Source: a virus
Direction: 5' to 3' (one strand)
Virus record (IMG/VR): IMGVR_UViG_3300009130_001805
Coordinates: 14,878 to 78,877 of that record
Length of the DNA stretch: 64,000 nt
Made by a program: the position numbers and the translations under genes. Below are positions 28,136 to 38,300 of this stretch, piece after piece. The notes under the pieces are model-generated. The model was given only the letters and a program-made list of their open reading frames with translations. It ran no database searches and was not told where the DNA came from. Position 1 is the first letter of the stretch. Each line of letters begins with the position of its first letter.

Positions 28136-29047
28136 TTAGGCTCGGGGGTATCTAAATTTTGAAACCTCAATATCTATGAAACCTATAAATAAACTGGGAC
28201 TAATCTTTGTATCCACCTTATCACTAAGCTTTGAGACCACTACATTTGATATTACATAGGGGCTCTTAATTTCTTCAAAAGGTAGGTCGCAGTATTTATA
28301 TATACTATTTGTAGCGACGCCATTAATTACACTTTTTACGTCCCCAAACTCATCTACAGGGTGATCGTCATATGATACTTGATAAAATATTTCATCCTTT
28401 GAATCATTAAATACGGATAGTGCGCCGTCTAGTTGGTATAAGTTCTCAGCGAATACCACACATCTAAACATTGTTATTGTATTATTCAGACCCCCAAAAG
28501 CCATAGGTTCGTTCCTGCTTCCTTGATTGGCGATGAAAATTGCTGGAACTACTTGAGTATATGGATCAATTGGCGTAACAACCTCAAAAAACCTGCTATT
28601 TGTATCATATTTATCTTCTACAACAAGAGATTCTTCAGATTCATCTGTCGCATATATATTAAAATCTTTAACTGCAACTCCTGATATTGAAACATTTCTA
28701 GCAGATGTTATATCTTTATTAAAAATAACCCTACCATTTAAATAATCTATTGACATTTTAGGGTCTACTCCCGCTCCATCATTAGTTGTACTCCTATTCC
28801 AAGTCGCTCCATCTACAGTAACTTCACTAACTATTGTGGCTCCAGCTATATCTGAATCAAAAACCCACTGCTTATAAGGACTAGAATAAGCAATATAAGC
28901 AGGATCCAACCTTCCATCATTTAAGTATTGCAACTGCATAGTTCCACTTGTAGGTAAATTCCTATAAGCCTCTCCTTTTTTAAGAAGAAAATGATCAAAC
29001 CACAAGGTAAAACTATTTGTAAGAGTGTGCTGGAACAGTGGTTTCAT
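28136..29047 (-). CDS. Neck / tail terminator-like virion protein
   Basis: Immediately upstream of the tube gene; PAIFI...EPMAFGG; C-terminal GFIDIEV. Confidence 0.5.
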   Translation of the reverse strand: MKPLFQHTLTNSFTLWFDHFLLKKGEAYRNLPTSGTMQLQYLNDGRLDPAYIAYSSPYKQWVFDSDIAGATIVSEVTVDGATWNRSTTNDGAGVDPKMSIDYLNGRVIFNKDITSARNVSISGVAVKDFNIYATDESEESLVVEDKYDTNSRFFEVVTPIDPYTQVVPAIFIANQGSRNEPMAFGGLNNTITMFRCVVFAENLYQLDGALSVFNDSKDEIFYQVSYDDHPVDEFGDVKSVINGVATNSIYKYCDLPFEEIKSPYVISNVVVSKLSDKVDTKISPSLFIGFIDIEVSKFRYPRA

Positions 29048-29643
29048 AAAATTAAGTTTTCTATTTTACTTCTAGCGCTTGCTATGATCGCCGACATATA
29101 CTGCACAGGCCTGTAGTTCGCTGTTCTAAGATTATTCTCAGACTGAACGGCGGTTCCAGACCTACTATTTTGAATTGTTTTTTTACTGTATGCGTATTGG
29201 CCTAAGCCGGACATCCCTGCTTCTATCCCTCTCGCCCAACTTCTTCCTGCAGCCCAAGGCATTGGAGTATTCATATATACCTCTTCTATATCAGGCAAGA
29301 AAAACTCAAAATATGTCATTCCAGCTATTGGTGGCGCTAGCCTTACATATGATCTAGTAATTAGTCTCCTGATCGGCTCTACAGGTTTAGTTCCTCCTTC
29401 GAACCCTATAAAGCTAAAAAGATTTCCCTTTCCTCCAAGCGTTCCACTTATGTTAGCCGATCTTGCCCCGCCTTCTATCTCTCTAGTAACAGGATGGGAA
29501 TTAAAATCCCTAAGCATTTCTCTTTTTATTCTTTCAAAAGAAATTCTAACCCTCCTTAAAGCGGAAGGCCCAATAGCTACAGCAACCTGCTTACTTGTAA
29601 GCTGGTTAATATTTTTAATAGAATTTGCTTTAGCCATAATCAA
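29044..29643 (-). CDS. Tail-completion/neck protein (HK97 gp10-like position)
   Basis: Basic ~200-aa ORF between the head-closure-like and terminator-like genes. Confidence 0.45.
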   Translation of the reverse strand: MIMAKANSIKNINQLTSKQVAVAIGPSALRRVRISFERIKREMLRDFNSHPVTREIEGGARSANISGTLGGKGNLFSFIGFEGGTKPVEPIRRLITRSYVRLAPPIAGMTYFEFFLPDIEEVYMNTPMPWAAGRSWARGIEAGMSGLGQYAYSKKTIQNSRSGTAVQSENNLRTANYRPVQYMSAIIASARSKIENLIL

Positions 29644-30092
29644 TCTGCCGGCTGAAGATAAAAACTATAAATATGAGGAGAAAAAACTCCATGAGGCCTC
29701 TCCTGCCCTGTCATTATAAAAGTCTTTCCATCAAAAGTTACTCTTTTTGCATCCTTTAAATACTCATACGCGTCTTGTTTCACTTTTATTCTCACGGACC
29801 CCACAGGAAGCTCTACTTTTATTTGTGCATTTGCTTCATCTACATTTTCTTCGTCCTGATATTTGCCGTATAAAATCGTAGCCTTAAACTCCTGAACCAC
29901 AGGAACATTATCTATACTCTCCTGCTTTCCTCTTACATTGTTGTACAGCATGTTATAGTTTTCATTTTTTGTGGTTATTAAAACCCTTTGGGCTTCCTTG
30001 TAAACGAAAATACTCCTAGAGAAAGTGTCATGCACGGTTTCAACCGCCGCCTTCATTGCCGCCTTCGCAGCGTCTGATATTAAACTTGCCAT
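29640..30092 (-). CDS. Head closure / head-tail joining protein
   Basis: 150 aa with beta-barrel-like RVTFDGKTF...YSFYL; synteny. Confidence 0.5.
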   Translation of the reverse strand: MASLISDAAKAAMKAAVETVHDTFSRSIFVYKEAQRVLITTKNENYNMLYNNVRGKQESIDNVPVVQEFKATILYGKYQDEENVDEANAQIKVELPVGSVRIKVKQDAYEYLKDAKRVTFDGKTFIMTGQERPHGVFSPHIYSFYLQPAD

Positions 30093-30154
30093 AAATTATT
30101 TTACACTTAAATTGAATTTTTTCTCACTGTCTTTATTATTACTTAGGAATAAGG

Positions 30155-30445
30155 ATGCAAGCAAGCGATTTTTTAGCAGATATCTGTAGTAAGAACACTA
30201 CGACTCTCTTTAAAGGTTTTCTACACTTAGTGGAAGATCTTAAAAGCGAGCACGACTCTAATTTTAAAAAACTTAAGGAGGCTTTGCCCGAAGAATATCA
30301 CAGCTTAATAAATCAAGCAGACTATTTTGACGACGCTAAAATGCAACATCTTAGAAAAAGAATTCTAGATGTAGGCAACGAGAGTTTAAGAAATATTTTA
30401 TACGAAGTTGAGAATTTTACTATAACTTTTGATTTTGGAAATTAA
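30155..30445 (+). CDS. Hypothetical helical protein
   Basis: 96-aa ORF after a TTGAAT-16-TATTAT promoter. Confidence 0.65.
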   Translation: MQASDFLADICSKNTTTLFKGFLHLVEDLKSEHDSNFKKLKEALPEEYHSLINQADYFDDAKMQHLRKRILDVGNESLRNILYEVENFTITFDFGN

Positions 30446-30467
30446 TATATTATAAGGAAAAAGGAAA

Positions 30468-31265
30468 ATGGCAGACTCAGATACAAAAAAAGAACAAAAA
30501 ACGATTTATAGCTTCTTGGTTGAAAAAGAAGAAGAAGTCGAGCAGACTGAAACCAAGAAGGTCAAAAACGAAGACACTGGTAAGACGGAAGAAGTCAAAG
30601 AGACCCGCAAGGTTAAAGAAAGCGTGCCCTATAGAGTTATCATCCGACAGCCCGGCAGAAGGGAAATGGAAGAAGCGGACATGGAGTACAGCATAGAGAT
30701 GAGTAAATGCATCAAGAACGGCATTCTCACAAAAGCCATGCTTGCTAAACAGTACAGTGATACAGGAGGGTTAATGACAGAAGAGGATGCTAAATTTCTA
30801 GACAGAAAATACGGCACCCTTGCAGATCTTCAAAATAAATTTACCAAACTTAGCGCCAAACAAAAGCGCACAGACGCAGACGAGCAAAAAATTAAAGAAA
30901 TTACAGAGGAGCTTGCTGCGACAAGAAAAGTGATTATCGACCTAGAGACAAACTACTCCTCTCTATTTAATCACACCGCAGATTCGAAGGCTCAAAACAA
31001 AGCCATCATGTGGTATCTCGTCAATCTCACTTCAATCAAAAAGGATGAAGATGAAGACGAAATGTTAGAGCCTTTATTTAAAGGAGAGTCTTTCGAAGAA
31101 AAGAAAGATTACTACTATGATCTTGAAGAGACTGGAGAAGACGAAATTTTTAATCTAGTTAATAATAAACTTACCACCCTTTTAAGTTTCTGGTATTTTA
31201 GCACATCAGCAACGAAAGATGACTTTGAGCGTTTAGAAAAAGACATCGAAGAAGGTAACGTTTAA
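30468..31265 (+). CDS. Putative tail assembly chaperone 1
   Basis: Acidic coiled-coil protein upstream of the TMP. Confidence 0.5.
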   Translation: MADSDTKKEQKTIYSFLVEKEEEVEQTETKKVKNEDTGKTEEVKETRKVKESVPYRVIIRQPGRREMEEADMEYSIEMSKCIKNGILTKAMLAKQYSDTGGLMTEEDAKFLDRKYGTLADLQNKFTKLSAKQKRTDADEQKIKEITEELAATRKVIIDLETNYSSLFNHTADSKAQNKAIMWYLVNLTSIKKDEDEDEMLEPLFKGESFEEKKDYYYDLEETGEDEIFNLVNNKLTTLLSFWYFSTSATKDDFERLEKDIEEGNV

Positions 31266-31278
31266 ACTCTAAAATCAT

Positions 31279-32304
31279 GTGGCTGAGTCAACTGAGCCAG
31301 AGAGCTTCTTTAGGAAGATCTTTAGAGATATATCTAGAGGCTTTTCTAAAGAAAAGCTAGGTAATGATATTATATACATAAAACATCTTTCCCAAGATGA
31401 TCAAGTTGAGCTTGATGATATTGAAGATGAATACCTAAAGGCTGCAAAAAAAAGAGGCCTACCATCCGAGCAGGAAATGCTTGACCTCCTAAAAGAACAG
31501 GGTGTCTGGGGTGATAAAGAAGAGGATGAGATAGCTGCAGACAGATTATTCATACAAACTCTTACTGACGCAAAAAGAACGCTTGTACTAAAGAGTCAAA
31601 TAGACAAGAAGAATCAACAGATTGAAGAAGCCTCAAAAGAGCTTGAAAAAAAAGTTCACGATAGATATCAAGTTTTAGGTAATACTGCTGAAAAATATGC
31701 AAAAGAAAAATCCAATGACCACTATATAATTCGTTCGTTTTTTAGTAATAAGAAATTAGATAAACCAATCTTTACTGAAAAAGACTTTTGGAGTCTAGAT
31801 GACCGCCACCTACAAAAGGCGGTAGTTAAATACAACTCATTTTTTTCATCTTTTTCTGAGGATAATATTAGGCATTTATGTCTACAGGATTTTTATTATT
31901 CGTATTTCCCTTTTTCTGAATCTCCGGTAGATTTTTTTGGGCAAGCGATTGTAAATTTAACCTATAATCAATTAAGGCTTATAGTATATACTAAAATTTT
32001 CAAAAATATCTTTGAGAGAAATGACGCTATACCTTATCAAATAAAAAAAGATCCAGACGCCTTATTAGACTTTGGCAGTATCTCCGAAGAAACCAAAGAA
32101 AAAATTAAAGAAAAAATGGATGTTGATGGTGCTACAAGTTTCGTTGGCGCAACGAAGGAAGACCTTGATTATCTTAACCTTAGGGAGAAAAAAGAAGGTG
32201 ATAGTGTAAGGACTGTATCACTAACAGAAGAGGCCAAAAAGAAAGGTGGAAGCTTAAACATGGAAGACCTAATGCGGATGCAGGGAATGGATGTAGGAGA
32301 TTAA
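31279..32304 (+). CDS. Putative tail assembly chaperone 2
   Basis: Coiled-coil protein immediately upstream of the TMP; GTG start. Confidence 0.5.
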   Translation: MAESTEPESFFRKIFRDISRGFSKEKLGNDIIYIKHLSQDDQVELDDIEDEYLKAAKKRGLPSEQEMLDLLKEQGVWGDKEEDEIAADRLFIQTLTDAKRTLVLKSQIDKKNQQIEEASKELEKKVHDRYQVLGNTAEKYAKEKSNDHYIIRSFFSNKKLDKPIFTEKDFWSLDDRHLQKAVVKYNSFFSSFSEDNIRHLCLQDFYYSYFPFSESPVDFFGQAIVNLTYNQLRLIVYTKIFKNIFERNDAIPYQIKKDPDALLDFGSISEETKEKIKEKMDVDGATSFVGATKEDLDYLNLREKKEGDSVRTVSLTEEAKKKGGSLNMEDLMRMQGMDVGD

Positions 32305-32357
32305 TTTAGTAAAGACGCTTTTTTCTGTGTAATTCCCCGTTGGAAAAAGGAATTAAA

Positions 32358-35300
32358 ATGGCACGCCCAGTAAGGATACCAGCACAGCAACAAGGATTTG
32401 AGAAGTCCGTTATGGACGCCGTTAATCGGCTGAACAGAAGCGGACAGCTCAAACTTAATGTAAACTCTAGATCTTTTACCCAACCTCTGGGGAAGATCAC
32501 TGCCAGCGCGGATGAGTTTACAAAGTCTCTCGAAGCTTCTAATGCTCGTGTTATTGCTTTCGGGGCTTCTGTAGGAATCATTAATGCGGTTAGCAATGCT
32601 TTTAAAAGTTTGGTGATCCAAACAATGGAAGTCCAAAAGCAAATGGCTGAAATTAACGTCGTTATGCAGACAGGAACCGAAGGGCTTCAGAAAATGCAGA
32701 CTGGGTTATTTAAAATAGCCAAAGAAACTGCTCAATCTTTTAGTGTTGTCACCGAGGCTGCTCTTGAATTTTCGCGTCAAGGCTTGTCTATGGAAAAAAC
32801 TCTTCTTGCTACAAAGCAAGCCATGATTCTTACTAGAATTACAGCTCTGGATGCTGCCGAAGCTGTAAAAGGTCTTACTGCTGCGGTCAATGGATTTGTA
32901 GATGCAGGCATTAGCCACACTCAAGTTGTTAACAAAATGTCTGCTGTCGATGTTAATTTCGCAGTCAGTACGGAAGATTTAATTCACGGTCTTGAGCGAG
33001 CTGGAGCTGTTGCTCAGGACGCTAAAGTAAATTTTGATGAGCTAATGGGCGCCATTACTGCTGCGCAGCAAATAACCGCTCGAGGTGGTAATGTAATAGG
33101 TAACTCATTTAAAACTATTTTTACCCGTATACAAAGAAGCTCCACAATAAACCGACTAGAAGAGCTTGGCATCGCTGTTAAAGATCTGGAGGGTCGTACG
33201 CTTCCTGCGATGAAAATACTAAAGGAGCTTGCTATAACATATGACGGCTTAGCAGATTCAACAAAAGCTGCTGTAGCCGAGCAAGTCGGTGGGGTTTTCC
33301 AGATTAACATTTTAAAAGCTGCCCTTAAAGACCTTGGCAGGGAAAATAGCGTATTCGCTAGAGCTACAGAAATATCTAATAGAGCTACAGATGAAGCCAC
33401 AAAGAAAAATGAAGCCTTAAATAAGACTCTTTCAGCTCTTGCGGCCCAAACAGGCACATCAATCCAGCAGCTTTCAGAAGCTATTGGAAAGCTCTCAATG
33501 GGAGGAGGAATTGAAAAAGTTTTAAAAACTATCAATACTATCGCAGAAGGAATGTTCAAAGGCATAGAGTCTGAAGGCATTGGTGGAGATCTAGCTAGAG
33601 GACTGCTAAAAGGTATGGGCAATATACTTTCTGGGCCCGGATTAATACTTGTGGGCGGCATGTTTGTTAAACTATTTGGTGAGGTTACAAAGTTTGCCAC
33701 AAAAAGTATGGCTAACATTATTGGGATTACCACTCAAAAGCAAAAACAAAAAGCGGTAGAAGAAGCGATCCTTAAGGTTATGATGGAAAATGAAGGCATT
33801 GAAGCTTCATTGCTTGCGATGGGTAAAAACAGAGTTCTGCAAGAAGAGCATGTACTGAAACTTATAAAACAGCAAGCAGCTGCTGCTCGAGAAAGAGCTG
33901 CTATAGCTGCGGCAGTTGCCCCGGGCCTAGTTAGGTCTGGAGTTAAAGGGCCTAGTCTTTCAATTAAGGGTGGCGCTGCTGGAGGAATCATTCCAGCTTC
34001 TGAAAGAAATGCAGAGAGAAAAGGCGCAATATCAGCTGGATACTCTCCCGGAAAAGTTTCTTCTACAAAAATAAAAGGAGTTGGAGATGTCGTATATAAC
34101 AAAGCTGAATCGATAAAAGAATTTCCGGGTATGCAGCAAAAGGCTATCATGCCTCCAGAGTCTAGCAGAGCTGGCTCTAAATATGCAAAAGCGTTCAAGA
34201 AAGCTCATGGATTTGACCCCTATGCGCCATCAGGCTTTATTCCTAATTATGGAATTGTTGGCGCTCGTGGCTCAGCTTCACTAGCTTTATCCAGAACAAA
34301 TATGGTGACCCATGGAACCGGGCGAGGGCAAAATACTCGTGCCATGGACAAGAAGTATGGAGAAAGCGGAGAAAAGTTATTTGCAACAGAGACTGCTAGA
34401 TTTGTAAATAAAAACACTCCAGAAGAAAAAAGAAACCTATTAGGCAGGATAATGACACGCTTGCTAGACAAAGGAATTGTTAACTTTACTCGCCCCGGAT
34501 ATTTTCAAAAAGAGTCTTTTAAAACAAATAGAAGAAGCTCCGAAAAAGATTTCGATCAATTCGAGAGGCATATGGTCAAACAATTATCTAGCGAAGGATA
34601 TAAAAGCACAGGTAGAGTTATAGATCCCAAAACAAGAAAAGTCGAAGCAGGAAACAATCAATACCCTCAAGATGCTTTTGCCAAAGGCAAGGTTCCTCGA
34701 GAATTTAAAATTAATAGAATTGACGAGAAAGACATATTAAGTAAGTCAATAAGAAGGACTACCGATCTCGACCCTCAAGACATCCTTAATGGCAAATATA
34801 CAAGGGGAGATATTACAAAAGGCAATGAATTTATACAAGTCTTAAGAAATAACTTCGGCCCAAGCTCAGGCAATCACGATGAAATCTTAATGGGTTTAGT
34901 AAACAAGTTTCAAAAGTCTAACCTAGATTCAGCTTTGAATTTATTACGCCAGAAAAAGATTGATGTTCCCGCTGGAGAAGAAGCTTACACTGCCGCTATT
35001 CATGGCTTACATCGGGGCTTTATTCCTAACTATATTGGAAGAAGGCGTATGCCGTCAAAAGCGCATCTCGAAAAAGCAAAAAAATCTATAGATATATACA
35101 GAAAGCTTACATTAAGCAGAAAAAGATCAAGAGACTACGACGGGAACCTTGCCACAGAAATTAGTAATGCTTGGGGACTTAAAGACCCAACTCACTCTAC
35201 AATAGTAAAAACTTTCGGAAGGATTAAAACCGATAAGTCGGCCCACAAAACTGTCAACGAGGAAGTTCTTGACATAATGGCAAACCCCGCAAAATATAAA

Positions 35301-38300
35301 GACCTTTTTAAGAAAAATAATTTACCTGCACCAGACTGGTCGGCGAGCCAAGGCAAATCTGCACTAAACCTTTTTACAAAAGAAGGAAAATTTGGCACCC
35401 TAGATAAGGTAAAAATGGGCCAAAAGAGCAAGCTTGATGGAGACGACTGGGAGCAGACGGTAAGGGATATTTTTAAGAAAGGAATCAAATCTGGCTCAAT
35501 AACCGACCTTAATACTATTAAAAAGAATTTTCCTTTAGACTTCAAAGGTGACAAGGGATTTCTCGATGCAACTCTAAATGTTCACAAGCTGAGAGTTATG
35601 CACCATAAAATTGCGAGAACACTAGCTCAACAAAACCCCTCTGCACTTAAAAGATTACTATTAAAAGGAAAGGATTTTGATGGGGTTGAAGCTCTTGGAG
35701 GGTTGGCGGAAATCTCTAAAGTTTCTTCTGGCATTAGAAGTCTTTCTAGAATGAAAAATAGTCGCTCTTTATTCCCTGAAGGTAAATTTGTCGGAGGCGT
35801 CGGGCAATCTACTGAAGATTTTTCTAGAAACATGCAAAAATGGTATGATGGATTAACTCCTGCCCAACAGAGTACAGCTCAATCGTCCCAAATGAGTGGA
35901 TCTTGGAAGGTTCAATCTCCCCAAGAGTATCAAATGGCCGCAAGCGGGTTTGTGCCAAACTTTATTAGGATGATAAACCCATCAAAAGACAGAAGTTTTT
36001 TGCTTAAAATGTGGCAAGATAAGCTCAAGAAAGCAAAAAGCATTAGTCGTTCAGGCAAACCTAGAATAGAAACAGACCCTCAAGTTTCAAAACTTAACGC
36101 TGAAGCAAATCACATATGGGATCAAATACAATTACTAAAGAAGGGTAAGCCATATTCTATTCCTAATTTTGCAAACATATCAAAAATTAGAGAGCTAGCC
36201 AAGAGGGGTAAAGGTGGAGAAAAAGCTAATGCTCAAAGAATGCTAGAGAAGTTTTCTATAAAATCTAAAGGCATGTTTGATGATATGATTATTGATGATT
36301 TCTTAAGGGATCCAAAGATGTCATATAAAGGGCCTTGGGGGGACACAGTAACAGATTACTTATTAAGCAAAGGTTACGATAAAAATCAAATATTAAAAGC
36401 CTCAAAAAGTCCTAGTTCATATGCCCGCGCCGCAGGAGGTGTGATCCCAAATTTTGTCCGCTGGATTAAAAATCCCAAAGGGGGCAAAGACCTTCCCAGT
36501 CCAGATATAGATCCAAGAACAGGTAGGCCAAGCGGAATATACACCAGCAGAGATATCCACGAAATGAAAGCCAAAGGCTACATGCGAACAGACGAAAAAG
36601 GCTGGCACTATGTAGGAAAAGGAAAAGTTAAATCCGCAGAAGCTAAGATAAAAGAAGAGCGCCGTTTGATGGCCATGGCTACGATTGGCCTCAGGGGAAG
36701 CGGAAAAGCTTGGATGCATCCAAAAACAGGCAAAATGTATACTGGGTCCGACCACCAACAAATTGCTGCAGATAACGGCTTATTTAACAATGGCATGGTT
36801 CGTGACTATGTTCGAATAACAAAATCAGACCGCTCTCTTTACATAGATAAAAAAGGCCTTGATGTTAGTTCTGAGGCGATGGGTAAGCTTAAAAATATAG
36901 CTCAAGACGATTACTATAAAATCATAGAAGACCGAGGCATACTGGGCGAAAAAGTATTATTTGACCCAAAAACAGGACCCTTCTCTGGAGGACACGTTCC
37001 TAATTTCGCAATGGCGGATGTGATAAGAAAATATCAATCAAGAAAATCTTCCAGATTAAATAAAGATCAATTTAACGCTACAAGCGCTGCGCTAACTAAA
37101 TTTAATGCCGTTAATGGATTGTTTGCTCGTACGGCCTTAGCTGGAACTAGCAGAGTTAGACTCACTGAAAGAAATTTTAATAAAGTTAGGCAATTCATTA
37201 ACAGTAAAGAATTTAGACAATTAGACAAATTAACACAAAATAAAGTACTTGTCGATTTAAAATCTCAGTCCCAGTCTTTAGGATTGCCAGATGTTACTAG
37301 GGGCTACGGCCAGCATCGCAACCCTCTATTCGAAGGTCGAATTGCCGCCTCAAGCGGATTAATCCCGAACTTTTCAAACCCCCTTTCTCAGGCAATATCT
37401 AGAGAAAAAGCTGCGGGCGTGCCTGAAAACATGATAAGAATTTCTCAGTCTGACAGGCTTAAGGGGCCTAAAAACCCTAGTGGGCTTGCAGTAATAAATA
37501 CTAGAGATGAACCGATGGGGATAAATCAAGGTATCAATAGATCTATTTCAATGGGGATTGACCCTAAGAGCCATGGAGCAAGCCAAGGCGTTGTTCCTAA
37601 TTTTACAAATCCTCTTGCTCCCGGTAGCGTTGGACCCGCCGGCAGTCAGCTTTCAGATATATTAAAAAAAATAGGGGTATCAGGAAACCAATTAGTTTCC
37701 ATCCTTACTCAATTAACTCCGGAGTTTAATAAATTTAGAGCCAACTTAAGTTCGGGCGGTACAGCAGCCAATCAACACGCCAGAAAAGTTACCTCAATGA
37801 TTTCAAGTCTTGGGCTGGAAGAAGCCCAGACTAAACAGCTTATGAGGGAATTTTCTAATTTGGGCACCACTGCCAACACGGGGGCAAGCAAGCTAAAATC
37901 TTTCATAAGTCAGCTGGGCGCCAAATTAGGCCAAGGCCCACTTGGTCAAGCCGCCTCTGATGTAATGAAAAGCGGGCCAGTTCAAGCTGTAGCAGGTTCA
38001 GGCGGAATGTTTTCTATGTTCAATCAGGGCCTTCAAGGGAATGTAACTCCATCCACTTCTAGGGCCGGTCGAGCGGGGCAAGCTGTCAATAAGTTACATG
38101 GTAAAGTCTCAAGCCCGGGAATGCAAATGGGAATGATGATGGCTCCCATGATGACTGAAATGATGGCGGAGAGCATCAGGGGCAATAAACCAAAATACGA
38201 AAGAAGTAAAGCTTCAAGAGCAACGACAGGCGCTATATCTGGGCTCGGAGATATTGCTATGTATACAGCAATGGGAAGTATGTTCGGGCCTTGGGGAACG

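Noticed and set aside
31255-31285. TTTAAAC slippery-looking site between the two chaperone genes (lambda G/GT-type frameshift)
   Set aside because: The heptamer is out of register with the upstream frame, and the downstream frame has TAA at 31270-31272 before its start
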